The notes: a model not told the origin generated them from the letters alone. 64,000 nt of DNA from Patescibacteria group bacterium (GCA_034659915.1 JAYEID010000013.1:10627-74626), one strand, 5' to 3'. Shown: positions 17,593 to 26,559, counted from the stretch's first letter. Numbers and translations are program-made.

Positions 17593-19629
17593 TTGCAACC
17601 ACCGCTTTTTTCCGTTATTCTTAAGAACACAGTGACAGCTAGAGAATTGATTGAAAAGTATATTTCCTTTTTTGAGGCGCGTGGTCATGTTGAGATTGCT
17701 GGGGCTTCCTTAGTACCAGAAAATGATCCTTCTGCACTTTTTATCTCTGCTGGTATGCACCCTCTAATTCCCTTCTTGTTGGGAGAAGAACACCCTGCTG
17801 GTAAGCGCTTAGTTAGCTTACAAAAATGTATTCGAACAAATGATATTGAGCAAGTAGGTGACGGGTTTCATCATACCTTCTTCTTAATGCTTGGAAACTG
17901 GTCTTTGGGTGATTATTTTAAAAAAGAGGCAATCTCTTTTAGTTTTGAATTTCTTACTTCTTCTGAGTGGTTAGGGTTAGCTCCGGAAAGGTTGTATGTT
18001 TCTGTTTTTGCTGGTGATGAGACTGCTTCCCGGGATAAGGAGTCAATTAAGTATTGGAAGTTAGAATTTAAGAAAGTAGGGATTAAGGCTGAGGTGGGTG
18101 AGAGGATATTCTTCTTTGGAAAAGAAGAAAACTGGTGGGGACCTGTAGGTGATACAGGACCTTGCGGACCTGATACAGAAATATTTTATGATATAGGCAA
18201 AGACCATTGTGGTCCTAATTGCGATCCCTCTTGTCAATGTGGGAAATATATTGAAATTTGGAATGATGTGTTTATGGAATTTAAAAGAATCCGCCGGTTG
18301 GCGGACCGCAAACCGCAAACCGTGAACCGTGAACCGCAAGATAAAGAGCGGAAGGCGGAGAGCGGTTCGCGGAATGCCGATTACGAATATGTTCCTTTAG
18401 AGCAGAAAAATGTAGATACGGGGATGGGTGTAGCTAGGGTTGTTGCAGTTACTAGCGGCTACGCAGATGATGATTATAAAACCGACCTTTTCCACCCTAT
18501 TATTTCCAAGATTGAAGACTTGTCTGGTAAAGAATACCAGCAATTAGAAGTTAACAATGAACAATCGTTAGTTAGTTCAATGCGCATTATTGCTGATCAT
18601 GTACGGGCAGCTGTTTTTGCTATCAGTGATGGTGTAGTACCTTCAAATACAGATCGAGGTTACGTGGTTAGGCGACTAATTCGCCGTGCTGTTCGTCATG
18701 GACATGCTTTAAACATCCAAGATAGCTTTTTGGGGCAAGTTGCAGAGGTTGTAATTGAGAATTATAAGGATCTTTTTCCTGGGTTGGAAAGTGAGGAGGA
18801 AACAATACTTACTGAGATTTCCGATGAGGAAAAAAGATTTGGTAAGGTTTTGCGGAGAGGTTTGAAGCATTTTGAAAAGTTGGTTGAACAAAAAGTTGGT
18901 GATGAAACGCTGCCGCACCTGCCTGCCGGCAAGGCAGGTTCCCCAGCCCCTGGGGCTGCGGCCAAAGAAGCCCCAGGGGCTTCTCCTGCGCTGGGCGAGC
19001 GAATTACCGGGGAAGAAGCCTTCGACCTTTACCAAACATATGGGTTTCCGTTGGAGTTAACCAAAGAGCTGGCAGAGGAAAGGGGTTTAGCGGTTGATAG
19101 AAAGGGGTTTGAAGAGGCCTACAAAAAGCACCAAGAGAAATCCCGTTCTGGTGCAGATAAGAAATTTAGTGGGGGTTTGGTAAGTGAATCTGAAGAAGTT
19201 ATAAAACTGCATACAGCTACCCATCTTTTGCACGAAGCTCTGCGCCAGGTATTGGGTGCTCATGTAAAGCAGGAAGGGTCGAACATTACTCCCCAAAGAT
19301 TGCGGTTCGATTTTTCCCATCCAAAAGCAATGACGGAGGAGGAGATTGGAGAAGTCGAAGCTCTAGTTAATGAAAAAATAGAGGAAGATTTGCCCGTGCG
19401 GAAAGAGACCATGTCATTAGAGGAGGCAAGGGAGCGGGGTGCTTTAGCGTTTTTTACAGATAAATATGGAGATGAGGTGAAAGTTTATTCTATTGGCGGA
19501 TTTTCAAAAGAAGTTTGCGCTGGTCCTCATGTTGATTCTACCGGGAAACTTGGTAAATTTGAGATAATAAAGGAAGAATCTGTGGGTCGCGGTAAACGGA
19601 GAATCCGTGCTATACTGAAAAAGGATTAG
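17593..19629 (+). CDS. alaS: Alanyl-tRNA synthetase, short form (catalytic, tRNA-binding and editing domains; no C-Ala domain)
   Basis: Class II AlaRS core (ARGHVEIAGASLVP...FISAGMHP...QKCIRTNDIE..GDGFHHTFFLMLGNWSLGDYFK) and an editing domain with HxxxH...CAGPH. The start is uncertain: TTG at 17593 or GTG at 17630 (MTARELIEKY). The gene carries an in-frame 78-nt GC-rich repeat at 18913-18990. Confidence 0.9.
   Translation: MQPPLFSVILKNTVTARELIEKYISFFEARGHVEIAGASLVPENDPSALFISAGMHPLIPFLLGEEHPAGKRLVSLQKCIRTNDIEQVGDGFHHTFFLMLGNWSLGDYFKKEAISFSFEFLTSSEWLGLAPERLYVSVFAGDETASRDKESIKYWKLEFKKVGIKAEVGERIFFFGKEENWWGPVGDTGPCGPDTEIFYDIGKDHCGPNCDPSCQCGKYIEIWNDVFMEFKRIRRLADRKPQTVNREPQDKERKAESGSRNADYEYVPLEQKNVDTGMGVARVVAVTSGYADDDYKTDLFHPIISKIEDLSGKEYQQLEVNNEQSLVSSMRIIADHVRAAVFAISDGVVPSNTDRGYVVRRLIRRAVRHGHALNIQDSFLGQVAEVVIENYKDLFPGLESEEETILTEISDEEKRFGKVLRRGLKHFEKLVEQKVGDETLPHLPAGKAGSPAPGAAAKEAPGASPALGERITGEEAFDLYQTYGFPLELTKELAEERGLAVDRKGFEEAYKKHQEKSRSGADKKFSGGLVSESEEVIKLHTATHLLHEALRQVLGAHVKQEGSNITPQRLRFDFSHPKAMTEEEIGEVEALVNEKIEEDLPVRKETMSLEEARERGALAFFTDKYGDEVKVYSIGGFSKEVCAGPHVDSTGKLGKFEIIKEESVGRGKRRIRAILKKD
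18913..18990. repeat. GC-rich palindromic repeat element inserted in-frame in alaS (copy 1)
   Basis: ~78 nt, ~90% identical to 29191-29269. Contains palindrome CCTGCCTGCCGGCAAGGCAGG and the inverted pair AGCCCCTGGGGCT / AGCCCCAGGGGCT. It is translated as PAGKAGSPAPGAAAKEAPGASPA. Confidence 0.85.
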
Positions 19630-19684
19630 CTTGAACTTGTTAATCAACTATTGCAAATTATTAGTTTAAAGCGCTATTGAAGTT

Positions 19685-20905
19685 ATGTTTCCTGCCATAA
19701 ATTTATTTAAAAGTAAGTCCTCCACTCCCTGTTATCTTTCTCTAGATGTTGGTTCTGGTTCTTGTAAAGCCCTTTCTTTTTCCTGTGTTGTTTTGGAGGG
19801 AGAAAGTGAGGAACGGAAAAGGATAAAAGCTTTAGGAGCGGGTAGTGTTTCCCAGAACTCTTCCGAGATGAGTATGGGTGTACCGGCGGATATTAAGGCG
19901 GTGACTAATCATATTGGAGATGCGGTAGACGAGGCTACTCTTCCTCTGGAGGGACTGAAAATTAAGAACAGAATTTTAGGGCTTTCAGGAGAGATGATTT
20001 CTTTCCTTACTACTAGAATGCGTTTAACTAGGGCAAATCCGGATAAGCCCATTTCAAAAAAAGAGATTGCCCGAATAGAAAGGAAAGCGCAACAAGCTGC
20101 ATTTCTTGAGGCGCATAAGGAGTTGGCAGCAAGAAAAGGTTACCAAGACCTTGATTTAGAAATAGTAGATTCAGCAATAACCGGAGTGGAGGTTGATGGG
20201 TTTCCTGCTACTGAGCCTGAGGGATTTAAGGGAGAGAAGGTGGAGCTTTCCTATTTTAATTCTTTTGCTCCTCAGGACCGACTCTATACTTTGGAATCTA
20301 TTCTTCGTAATTTGAAACTCAAACCACAATTGGTCACAGCTAGTATGTATGCACTTTTACATGCTTTATTGGAAAATTCTCCCAGTACAGGAGTTTCATC
20401 TGTTTTGATAGATATGGGAGCGGATAAAACAGATGTGGGTGTTGTTTTTGATAGTTCTATAGTTTCTAATCGCACACTTCCTATTGGTGGCCGGGATTTT
20501 ACAGAGGCTATCGCGCATAGTTTGGAAATTTCTTTTTCTGAAGCTGAAGGATTGAAACGCAATTATAGTGAAGATGGTGATGATAACGCTAGGATTCAGA
20601 GTGCGGTTGCTGATGTTTTAGAGGTGTGGTCACAGGGATTAATAGATGCATTAATGAATATTAAGGAGGTGAAAGCGTTTCCACCTCAAGTTAATATTTA
20701 TGGTGGTGGTGCGGAATTTAAGGTAGTGTTAGAGCATTTGAGATCTCTGTCTTGGAAACAGAATTTGCCGTTTCACAGCGATCCGCGCGTAAGTATTCTT
20801 AGGCCAGAGGATTTTGATTTTTTTGAGGATGAAACAGGTCAAGTAAGTAAGTCTGATTGGGTTGTACCTGTTGTTTTGAGTTGGTTTGGTTGTAAGGTTC
20901 TTTAG
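19685..20905 (+). CDS. Actin-like ATPase of the FtsA/PilM family
   Basis: LSLDVGSGSCKAL phosphate-1 motif and VLIDMGADKTDVGVV...LPIGGRDFTEAIA motifs of the FtsA/PilM/MreB superfamily; 406 aa. Confidence 0.7.
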   Translation: MFPAINLFKSKSSTPCYLSLDVGSGSCKALSFSCVVLEGESEERKRIKALGAGSVSQNSSEMSMGVPADIKAVTNHIGDAVDEATLPLEGLKIKNRILGLSGEMISFLTTRMRLTRANPDKPISKKEIARIERKAQQAAFLEAHKELAARKGYQDLDLEIVDSAITGVEVDGFPATEPEGFKGEKVELSYFNSFAPQDRLYTLESILRNLKLKPQLVTASMYALLHALLENSPSTGVSSVLIDMGADKTDVGVVFDSSIVSNRTLPIGGRDFTEAIAHSLEISFSEAEGLKRNYSEDGDDNARIQSAVADVLEVWSQGLIDALMNIKEVKAFPPQVNIYGGGAEFKVVLEHLRSLSWKQNLPFHSDPRVSILRPEDFDFFEDETGQVSKSDWVVPVVLSWFGCKVL

Positions 20906-20933
20906 TGTTTTGTTAGGTTGTTTGGTTTAGCTT

Positions 20934-22415
20934 ATGGCTAATATAACTCTTTCTGAAAAGCCAAATATCGTGTCTGTTCTAGAACAAGTAAAGGAGGCTT
21001 CTGCTTCTGAAGTGAAGCTTCTATTGCCTAAAGATACTAGTTATTGGAATGTTCTTGCGCTAAAGACTCTTTCCAGACAGGCGAAGGCTTATGGCAAAGA
21101 GTTGAAATTCGTAGCCCAAAATGAGCAGGGAAAGAGCTTGTTAGCTGCATTTCGAGGGGAACTACCATCGGCAAGAGGTGTGAAAGCAGCGAGTCCTTCT
21201 ATTTTGGACCAAGTCCTTATATTTTTTCAAGTTGCGCGATGGAAGGTTTTAGCTATTTTTGGTGGTTTGGTTTTATTTGTGGTTGCGGTTGTGTTTGTGA
21301 CGCTTTTTTACCTTTCTGAAGCAATAGTTACTGTTAACTTTAATACTTCTCCTCTAGTAAAGACAGCTGCTGTTAGTCTTGATCCTCAGGTTTCTGCACC
21401 AGAGATAGAGGGTATGGTTATTCCTGCAATTTCTGTAGATGTTCAGGAATCAGGGGTGTACGAAGTTGAGACTACAGGAGAAAAGGAAGTTGGAACTAAA
21501 GCAGAAGGGACAATAACAGCTTACAATTATGATACCAGTAATTCTAAGAGTTTTTCTGAGGATGACGAATTGATTACAGAAGAGGAAGGGCTTCGGTTTT
21601 TGTTAAATGAATCTATTGAAGTTGAGGAAGCTTCAGCTAGTGCGGAAGGCGCCGATAGGCTTATTAGTCCCGGAACTACAGAGGTTAAGGTTACAGCGGA
21701 GAAGATTGGGAGCAGTTACAACATTGCGAAGGGTACTAACCTTTATTTTGAAAGTTTGGATGATGATTTTTGGGATGATGTTTATGCGCGGGCTGCTGAA
21801 GATTTTTCTGGAGGGGAAAGTAGAACAGTTTCTGTGGCTACAGTCCAAGACCAAGAGCAGCTACTTGCTGAGGGGTTAGAGCAGATTAAGTCTAAGTGTT
21901 CGGAAAGTCTTTCTGGCAAGCTTTTAGAAGATCAGAAGTTAACAGGGAAAGCAGTAGTGGCAACTCCCCTGGAGCAAAGCTATACTCCCGCTATAGGCGA
22001 AGAGGCAGATAACTTGAGCCTATCTTTGAAAGTTAGGTGTAGTACTCTTGCTTATTCTGGAGGAGATTTAAACGATGTGTGGCAGGGTAGGCTTGCAGGT
22101 TTAGTTCCGGAAGGATTTGAGCTAAGAGATGATGATTTGGAGGTAAGTATCCTTACTGTTGAAAGGCCTCCGGAAGCACAAGGGCTTGTACTTCAGACAG
22201 AGGTTGAGACTAAGTTGGCTCCAAAAGTAGATGAAGAAAAAATTAGGGAAGATTTAGTTGGGAGATCTTTTTCTGATTTAGATGCTTATTTTTCAACCCT
22301 GCCAGATATTAATTCTTATGAATTGCAACTCAAGCCCCCAATTATTCCTGGAATATTGGGGAGATTTCCCCTTAATAAAGATAGAATACATGTTATTTTT
22401 GGGGATAATTCCTAG
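20934..22415 (+). CDS. Hypothetical single-pass membrane protein (493 aa) with a large extracytoplasmic domain
   Basis: A ~100-aa cytoplasmic N-terminus, one TM helix (LAIFGGLVLFVVAVVFVTLFY), then an acidic, Ser/Thr-rich domain; no family recognised; lies directly downstream of the FtsA/PilM-like gene. Confidence 0.5.
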   Translation: MANITLSEKPNIVSVLEQVKEASASEVKLLLPKDTSYWNVLALKTLSRQAKAYGKELKFVAQNEQGKSLLAAFRGELPSARGVKAASPSILDQVLIFFQVARWKVLAIFGGLVLFVVAVVFVTLFYLSEAIVTVNFNTSPLVKTAAVSLDPQVSAPEIEGMVIPAISVDVQESGVYEVETTGEKEVGTKAEGTITAYNYDTSNSKSFSEDDELITEEEGLRFLLNESIEVEEASASAEGADRLISPGTTEVKVTAEKIGSSYNIAKGTNLYFESLDDDFWDDVYARAAEDFSGGESRTVSVATVQDQEQLLAEGLEQIKSKCSESLSGKLLEDQKLTGKAVVATPLEQSYTPAIGEEADNLSLSLKVRCSTLAYSGGDLNDVWQGRLAGLVPEGFELRDDDLEVSILTVERPPEAQGLVLQTEVETKLAPKVDEEKIREDLVGRSFSDLDAYFSTLPDINSYELQLKPPIIPGILGRFPLNKDRIHVIFGDNS

Positions 22416-22418
22416 ATT

Positions 22419-22775
22419 TTATTTTTTTCCTCGCGAGAATTCAAAACCCTTTCCTTCCCTTAGTAAGTCTGTTTTGATTAGCTTGTCAATTAATCTTAGT
22501 GACTTTGCTGAGGATTGTTTTAGAGCATTGCTCATTTGAGCAATAGTGTTGTCGGAGACTTTAAGTGATTCTTTAATTTTGCTGTAGGAAGTATCACGAC
22601 GTAGTTCTTTTAGAATAGCTAGCCTTTTGCCTATTCGTTCTTTTTCGGTGGGGGAAAGAAGAAGGTTTAGAAGAATTCGGCTTTTTTCTGGGTCCTGGAT
22701 AGAGGCAAAAGCTTCCCCTAATTGGGTGATTAGTATTCTTTGTAGCCTTTCTTTTTCTGGTGTTATAGAATTCAT
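22419..22775 (-). CDS. TrpR-like DNA-binding protein (YerC/YecD family)
   Basis: 118 aa; the LLSPTEKERIGKRLAILKEL...SYSKIKESLKVSDNTIAQMS helix-turn-helix is typical of the Trp-repressor/YerC family. Confidence 0.6.
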   Translation of the reverse strand: MNSITPEKERLQRILITQLGEAFASIQDPEKSRILLNLLLSPTEKERIGKRLAILKELRRDTSYSKIKESLKVSDNTIAQMSNALKQSSAKSLRLIDKLIKTDLLREGKGFEFSRGKK

Positions 22776-23038
22776 TCGTTTTCTACTTTATAGACTAGAT
22801 CGCCCTCTCTAACCCTGTTTTCTACTTTTAATCCCACCGCATCCCCAGCTGAAGCCTCTTTAACTGGCTCCTTGTTTGCTTGCATAGAACCCACTTCTTG
22901 AGTGAAATCTGTAGTTGCGCCTTGAATGTGAATCTTGTCTCCTATTTTTAGTGTATCGGACAATTCCAAGACACCCACTCCAATATTGGTGTAGTAGTGT
23001 GTAATTTCTCCAACTTTAGTTTCCAAGATGTTCTTCAC
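22772..23038 (-). CDS. Small beta-barrel protein resembling EF-Tu domain 2 (translation-protein fold)
   Basis: 88 aa; GVGVLELSDTLKIGDKIHIQG...GDAVGLKVENRVREGDLV resembles EF-Tu/SelB domain II; its stop overlaps the start of the TrpR-like gene by 4 nt. Confidence 0.4.
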   Translation of the reverse strand: MKNILETKVGEITHYYTNIGVGVLELSDTLKIGDKIHIQGATTDFTQEVGSMQANKEPVKEASAGDAVGLKVENRVREGDLVYKVENE

Positions 23039-23223
23039 CTCCTTTATTAAGAGTAAGAGCAGATTTAAATAAATGTGTGGTAGGCATGTTTACATTGAGC
23101 AGGGTCAACATGAGGATAAACCTAACCTAATTTTAAAGTTAATGATGATAAATGTCAACCCCACAGTATTTTTTAAGTAGTTGTATATCTTAGACTCAAG
23201 CCACATGTTAGAATAAATAAGCA

Positions 23224-23628
23224 GTGTTACTAGGAATTGATTGGGGGAAAAGACGTATGGGAGTAGCTTATTCCAGTGGTAAGGTGGCTTCACCTTTGAA
23301 GGTTCTTGTGGTTAGGAATAAGTCGGAAGCAGTTGATGCGGTGATTAATCTTTGTGAGGAGCTAAGTGTTGATAAAGTAGTGGTAGGTGTGCCGTTAGAT
23401 TCTGAAGGCAACGAAACTGAACAAGCAAGGGAAATAAAAGAATTTGGAAAAATGCTGAGGAGGGATGGGGAGATGGAGGTTGTTTTTTGGAATGAGGCCC
23501 TTACCTCTAAGCAAGCTTTGTGGGGAAAAATTAGAAGTGGTCAGGGCAAAAAAAAGCGGAAAGACTTAGATGCAACTTCAGCTGCTTACATTTTGCAGAG
23601 CTATTTAGATTCTCGTACTTCATCCTAA
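23224..23628 (+). CDS. ruvX: Holliday-junction resolvase-like RuvX/YqgF
   Basis: MLLGIDWGKRRMGVAYSSG and the downstream acidic-residue pattern of the YqgF RNase H-like family. Confidence 0.85.
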   Translation: MLLGIDWGKRRMGVAYSSGKVASPLKVLVVRNKSEAVDAVINLCEELSVDKVVVGVPLDSEGNETEQAREIKEFGKMLRRDGEMEVVFWNEALTSKQALWGKIRSGQGKKKRKDLDATSAAYILQSYLDSRTSS

Positions 23629-23673
23629 CAATAAATTAGTTTATTAATATTTAAAAAGTCCGGGCGAGATATT

Positions 23674-24393
23674 ATGAAGTATCTTTTGATTGCGGATATT
23701 CATGGCAATAATACTGCTTTGAAGGCTGTTTTTGAAAATGCAACAAGTTTTGATGAGGTATTGGTATTGGGTGATTTTGTTGGTTACGGACCTAGACCAA
23801 ATAAGTGTGTGGAAACTATTCAGCAACACAAGATTCGTGCTGTGAAAGGTAATCACGATGCTGCTGTTTTGGGGAACATAGACCTTTCATGGTTCAATAC
23901 TGCTACTCGTGACGCACTTGAGATAACTCAGAAGTTGCTTTCCAGAAAGACTTGGTTGTTTTTAAAGAAACTGCCTTTAACACGTGTAATTGATAATCAG
24001 CTTACACTTGTTCACGGCAGTCCCCGAAAACCTCTAACTGAGTACATCAGGGGTGAATATTCAGTTAAAGCTAATGTGGGCTATTTAAGTACTTTTATTA
24101 CGTTAGTAGGGCACACCCATGTTCCTACAGTTTATGAAAATTCAGATAACAATATTAAGAAATTGAGAACAGCCGACATTAAATTGGACTCAGACTCACA
24201 GTATATTGTAAACCCAGGTAGTGTCGGTCAACCTCGAGACGGAGATCCCAGAGCTAGTTATGCTTTGCTAGATTTGGATTCTGACAAGTTGATTTTTAAG
24301 CGAGTTACATATGATATCCAAAGTGTTCAAAAAGAAATGCGTAGCCTTGGGTTTCCCAACCCTCTGCAAAGGCGCCTTTCCCATGGAATTTAG
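23674..24393 (+). CDS. Calcineurin-like metallophosphoesterase (YfcE-like)
   Basis: DIHGN ... GDFVGYGP ... GNHD ... GHTH motifs. Confidence 0.8.
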   Translation: MKYLLIADIHGNNTALKAVFENATSFDEVLVLGDFVGYGPRPNKCVETIQQHKIRAVKGNHDAAVLGNIDLSWFNTATRDALEITQKLLSRKTWLFLKKLPLTRVIDNQLTLVHGSPRKPLTEYIRGEYSVKANVGYLSTFITLVGHTHVPTVYENSDNNIKKLRTADIKLDSDSQYIVNPGSVGQPRDGDPRASYALLDLDSDKLIFKRVTYDIQSVQKEMRSLGFPNPLQRRLSHGI

Positions 24394-24433
24394 GTAGAAA
24401 GGGGCCCCACTTTCAATTTAGTGTTGTTGATGA

Positions 24434-24655
24434 TTAGCGGGGCCCCCTTCTAAGACTTTCTAGTGGTCGTTGAAGAGCTGCCCAATGGGCTAGGAACTTA
24501 AAGTCTTCTTCTCGAATTTTGCCTGAGTAATATAAACGACACTGGATTTGCAGGCTTTTCTTTCTCCTTTCTTTTGTTTTTGAGAGTTTTATACACTCTT
24601 CGCAAAGTTTTATTAGGCGTGCTCGTGTACCTGGTAGCTTTTTTAGGTCAATCAC
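24434..24655 (-). CDS. Hypothetical small basic protein (73 aa)
   Basis: ORF only, with no homology signal; may be non-coding. Confidence 0.2.
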   Translation of the reverse strand: MIDLKKLPGTRARLIKLCEECIKLSKTKERRKKSLQIQCRLYYSGKIREEDFKFLAHWAALQRPLESLRRGPR

Positions 24656-24875
24656 ATTTCCTCCAAGTCGTATTTTTAGGGCGTGTTTGGGTGCGCGTGC
24701 TCCTTATCTTACTAGATAAAACGGGTTTATGCACTTTTGTCACAGGAGTTAGATTTGCTAGGATTAAGGAGTTACATATAAATCTACTTATTTAGTTGGA
24801 TGCTCCAGTGAAGGAGCTGCTTTGGGGAAAGGGTTTGCAGCCTGTTTTATGAGTTTTGGCAAGGGTACAGTTTAG

Positions 24876-25790
24876 TTGAGAAAGAGTAAGATGCTAAAGA
24901 TTGTTTGGTCCGAGGAATATTTAAAATATAAGTTTGGTCCTAATCATCCTTTTTGGCCGGAACGGGGACGAGTTTTTCTTGATCTGATTGATGAAGCTGG
25001 GCTTAGGTATGATCTAGCGGAACCGGAAAAAGCTAGTGATAGCGATGTTCTTCTTGTTCATGTACAAGGTTATTTGGATGGGGTTAAGAAATTGTATCAA
25101 GAAGGAGGGAGCCTTTCTCCTGATACCCCACTTTATTCAGGTGTTTTGGAAGCTGCTTACTATTCTGTGGGGGGTTCGATTCTTGCTGCTCGTTTAGCTC
25201 TTTCTGGTGAGAAAGTTATTAATCCTCTTGGAGGTTGGCACCATGCAAAGACAGCTCGCGGTGGGGGTTTTTGTATCTTTGCTGATCACGCAATTGCAAT
25301 TCGAAAGTTGCAACAAGAAAGTGTTATTGAAAAAGCAATGGTTTTTGATTTGGATGCACATGCAGGAAATGGTACCCAAGAAATTTTTTATAGCGATCCT
25401 GCGGTTTTTAATATTTCACTGCATCAAGATCCACACACTTTATATCCTGGAACTGGGTTTGCTCACCAACGTGGACAAGGAGAGGGTAAGGGCTTCAATC
25501 TTAATGTCCCACTTTCTCCCGGAGCAACGGGGTCTAGGTATCTAGAAGAGTTGGACAGTGTTTTACCGTTACGGGGAGAATATCAGCCGGATTTGACGTT
25601 TCTTATTTTGGGAGTGGATACTTATAAGGAAGATCCTTTAACTCAGTTGGGTTTGGAAGAGGATGATTACTTTAAGATTGGAAAACGGTTTAATGAGTTT
25701 CGGAATCTGGCTGTACTTTTTGCTGGCGGCTATTCTAAGAAAACACCAGAACTGTGGCTGAATTTTATCCGAGGGCTTATGTTAAAATAA
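24876..25790 (+). CDS. Histone deacetylase-family amidohydrolase (AcuC/HDAC-like)
   Basis: GGWHHAKTARGGGFCIFADHAIA, DLDAHAGNGTQEIF and GGY motifs of the arginase/deacetylase fold. Confidence 0.85.
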   Translation: MRKSKMLKIVWSEEYLKYKFGPNHPFWPERGRVFLDLIDEAGLRYDLAEPEKASDSDVLLVHVQGYLDGVKKLYQEGGSLSPDTPLYSGVLEAAYYSVGGSILAARLALSGEKVINPLGGWHHAKTARGGGFCIFADHAIAIRKLQQESVIEKAMVFDLDAHAGNGTQEIFYSDPAVFNISLHQDPHTLYPGTGFAHQRGQGEGKGFNLNVPLSPGATGSRYLEELDSVLPLRGEYQPDLTFLILGVDTYKEDPLTQLGLEEDDYFKIGKRFNEFRNLAVLFAGGYSKKTPELWLNFIRGLMLK

Positions 25791-25794
25791 ATTT

Positions 25795-26559
25795 GTGAAG
25801 GTGTCTCTGTGGCTGGTATTTTTAATTGCCTTAGCTTTTTTGGGGGGTTCTGTGTTTGTTGCTTTGAGAAATAGGGGTATTGTTAAAGACGATAGTGCTG
25901 ACGATATAGTAGATAGTGTTTCATTAAGTTCTGAAATGAAACAAAAGAATTCTGAAAAGATAAAGCTTCCTGATCCGCGAACCTCAAGCGAAATTTCAGT
26001 AGAGGAAGCTATTGCAAAAAGGCGTTCGCGGCGAGAGTTTACTTCCCAACCATTGAGTGCGGGACAAATTTCCCAAATTCTTTGGGCAGTGCAAGGCATA
26101 ACTGGTGAAAGTTCGGGACACCGAGCAGCTCCTTCGGCTGGAGCTTTGTACCCTTTGGAAGTTTACATGGTGGCTAAGAGTGGTGGGGTTTCTGGTTACC
26201 AAGCCGGAGTTTATCATTACTTACCTCTTGAGCATTCAGTAGAAAAGATTGGGCAAAAAGACTTAGCTCGCGATTTGGCAGCGGCTGCTTTGGGCCAATC
26301 TTTTATTGCCGATGCTCCTATCTCGTTAGTCATAACAGCGAAATATTCGCGCGTGACTAATAAATATGGTGAGCGGGGAAGGCAGTATGTACATATGGAA
26401 GCAGGGCATGCTGCTCAGAATGTTTATTTACAAGTTGAGACTTTAGGTTTGGGTACTGTAGTGGTTGGTGCATTTGATGGTGAACGGATTGTTGAACTTC
26501 TCCAAATTCCTGCAGAACACGAACCTCTTTACGTTATGCCGATTGGTAATCTCAAATAA
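25795..26559 (+). CDS. SagB/ThcOx-type dehydrogenase (nitroreductase superfamily) with an N-terminal TM helix
   Basis: RRSRREFTSQPLSAGQISQILWAVQGITG...PSAGALYPLEVY...YVHMEAGHAAQNVYL match the SagB-type nitroreductase domain; GTG start. Confidence 0.7.
   Translation: MKVSLWLVFLIALAFLGGSVFVALRNRGIVKDDSADDIVDSVSLSSEMKQKNSEKIKLPDPRTSSEISVEEAIAKRRSRREFTSQPLSAGQISQILWAVQGITGESSGHRAAPSAGALYPLEVYMVAKSGGVSGYQAGVYHYLPLEHSVEKIGQKDLARDLAAAALGQSFIADAPISLVITAKYSRVTNKYGERGRQYVHMEAGHAAQNVYLQVETLGLGTVVVGAFDGERIVELLQIPAEHEPLYVMPIGNLK

Noticed and set aside
18709-19035. Minus-strand ORFs 18709-19035, 18762-18965, 28880-29230, 28990-29211, 29130-29312 with Pro/Gly/Ala/Arg-rich translations.
   Set aside because: They are artefacts of the GC-rich palindromic repeat embedded in alaS and the MPG gene, fully inside well-supported plus-strand genes.
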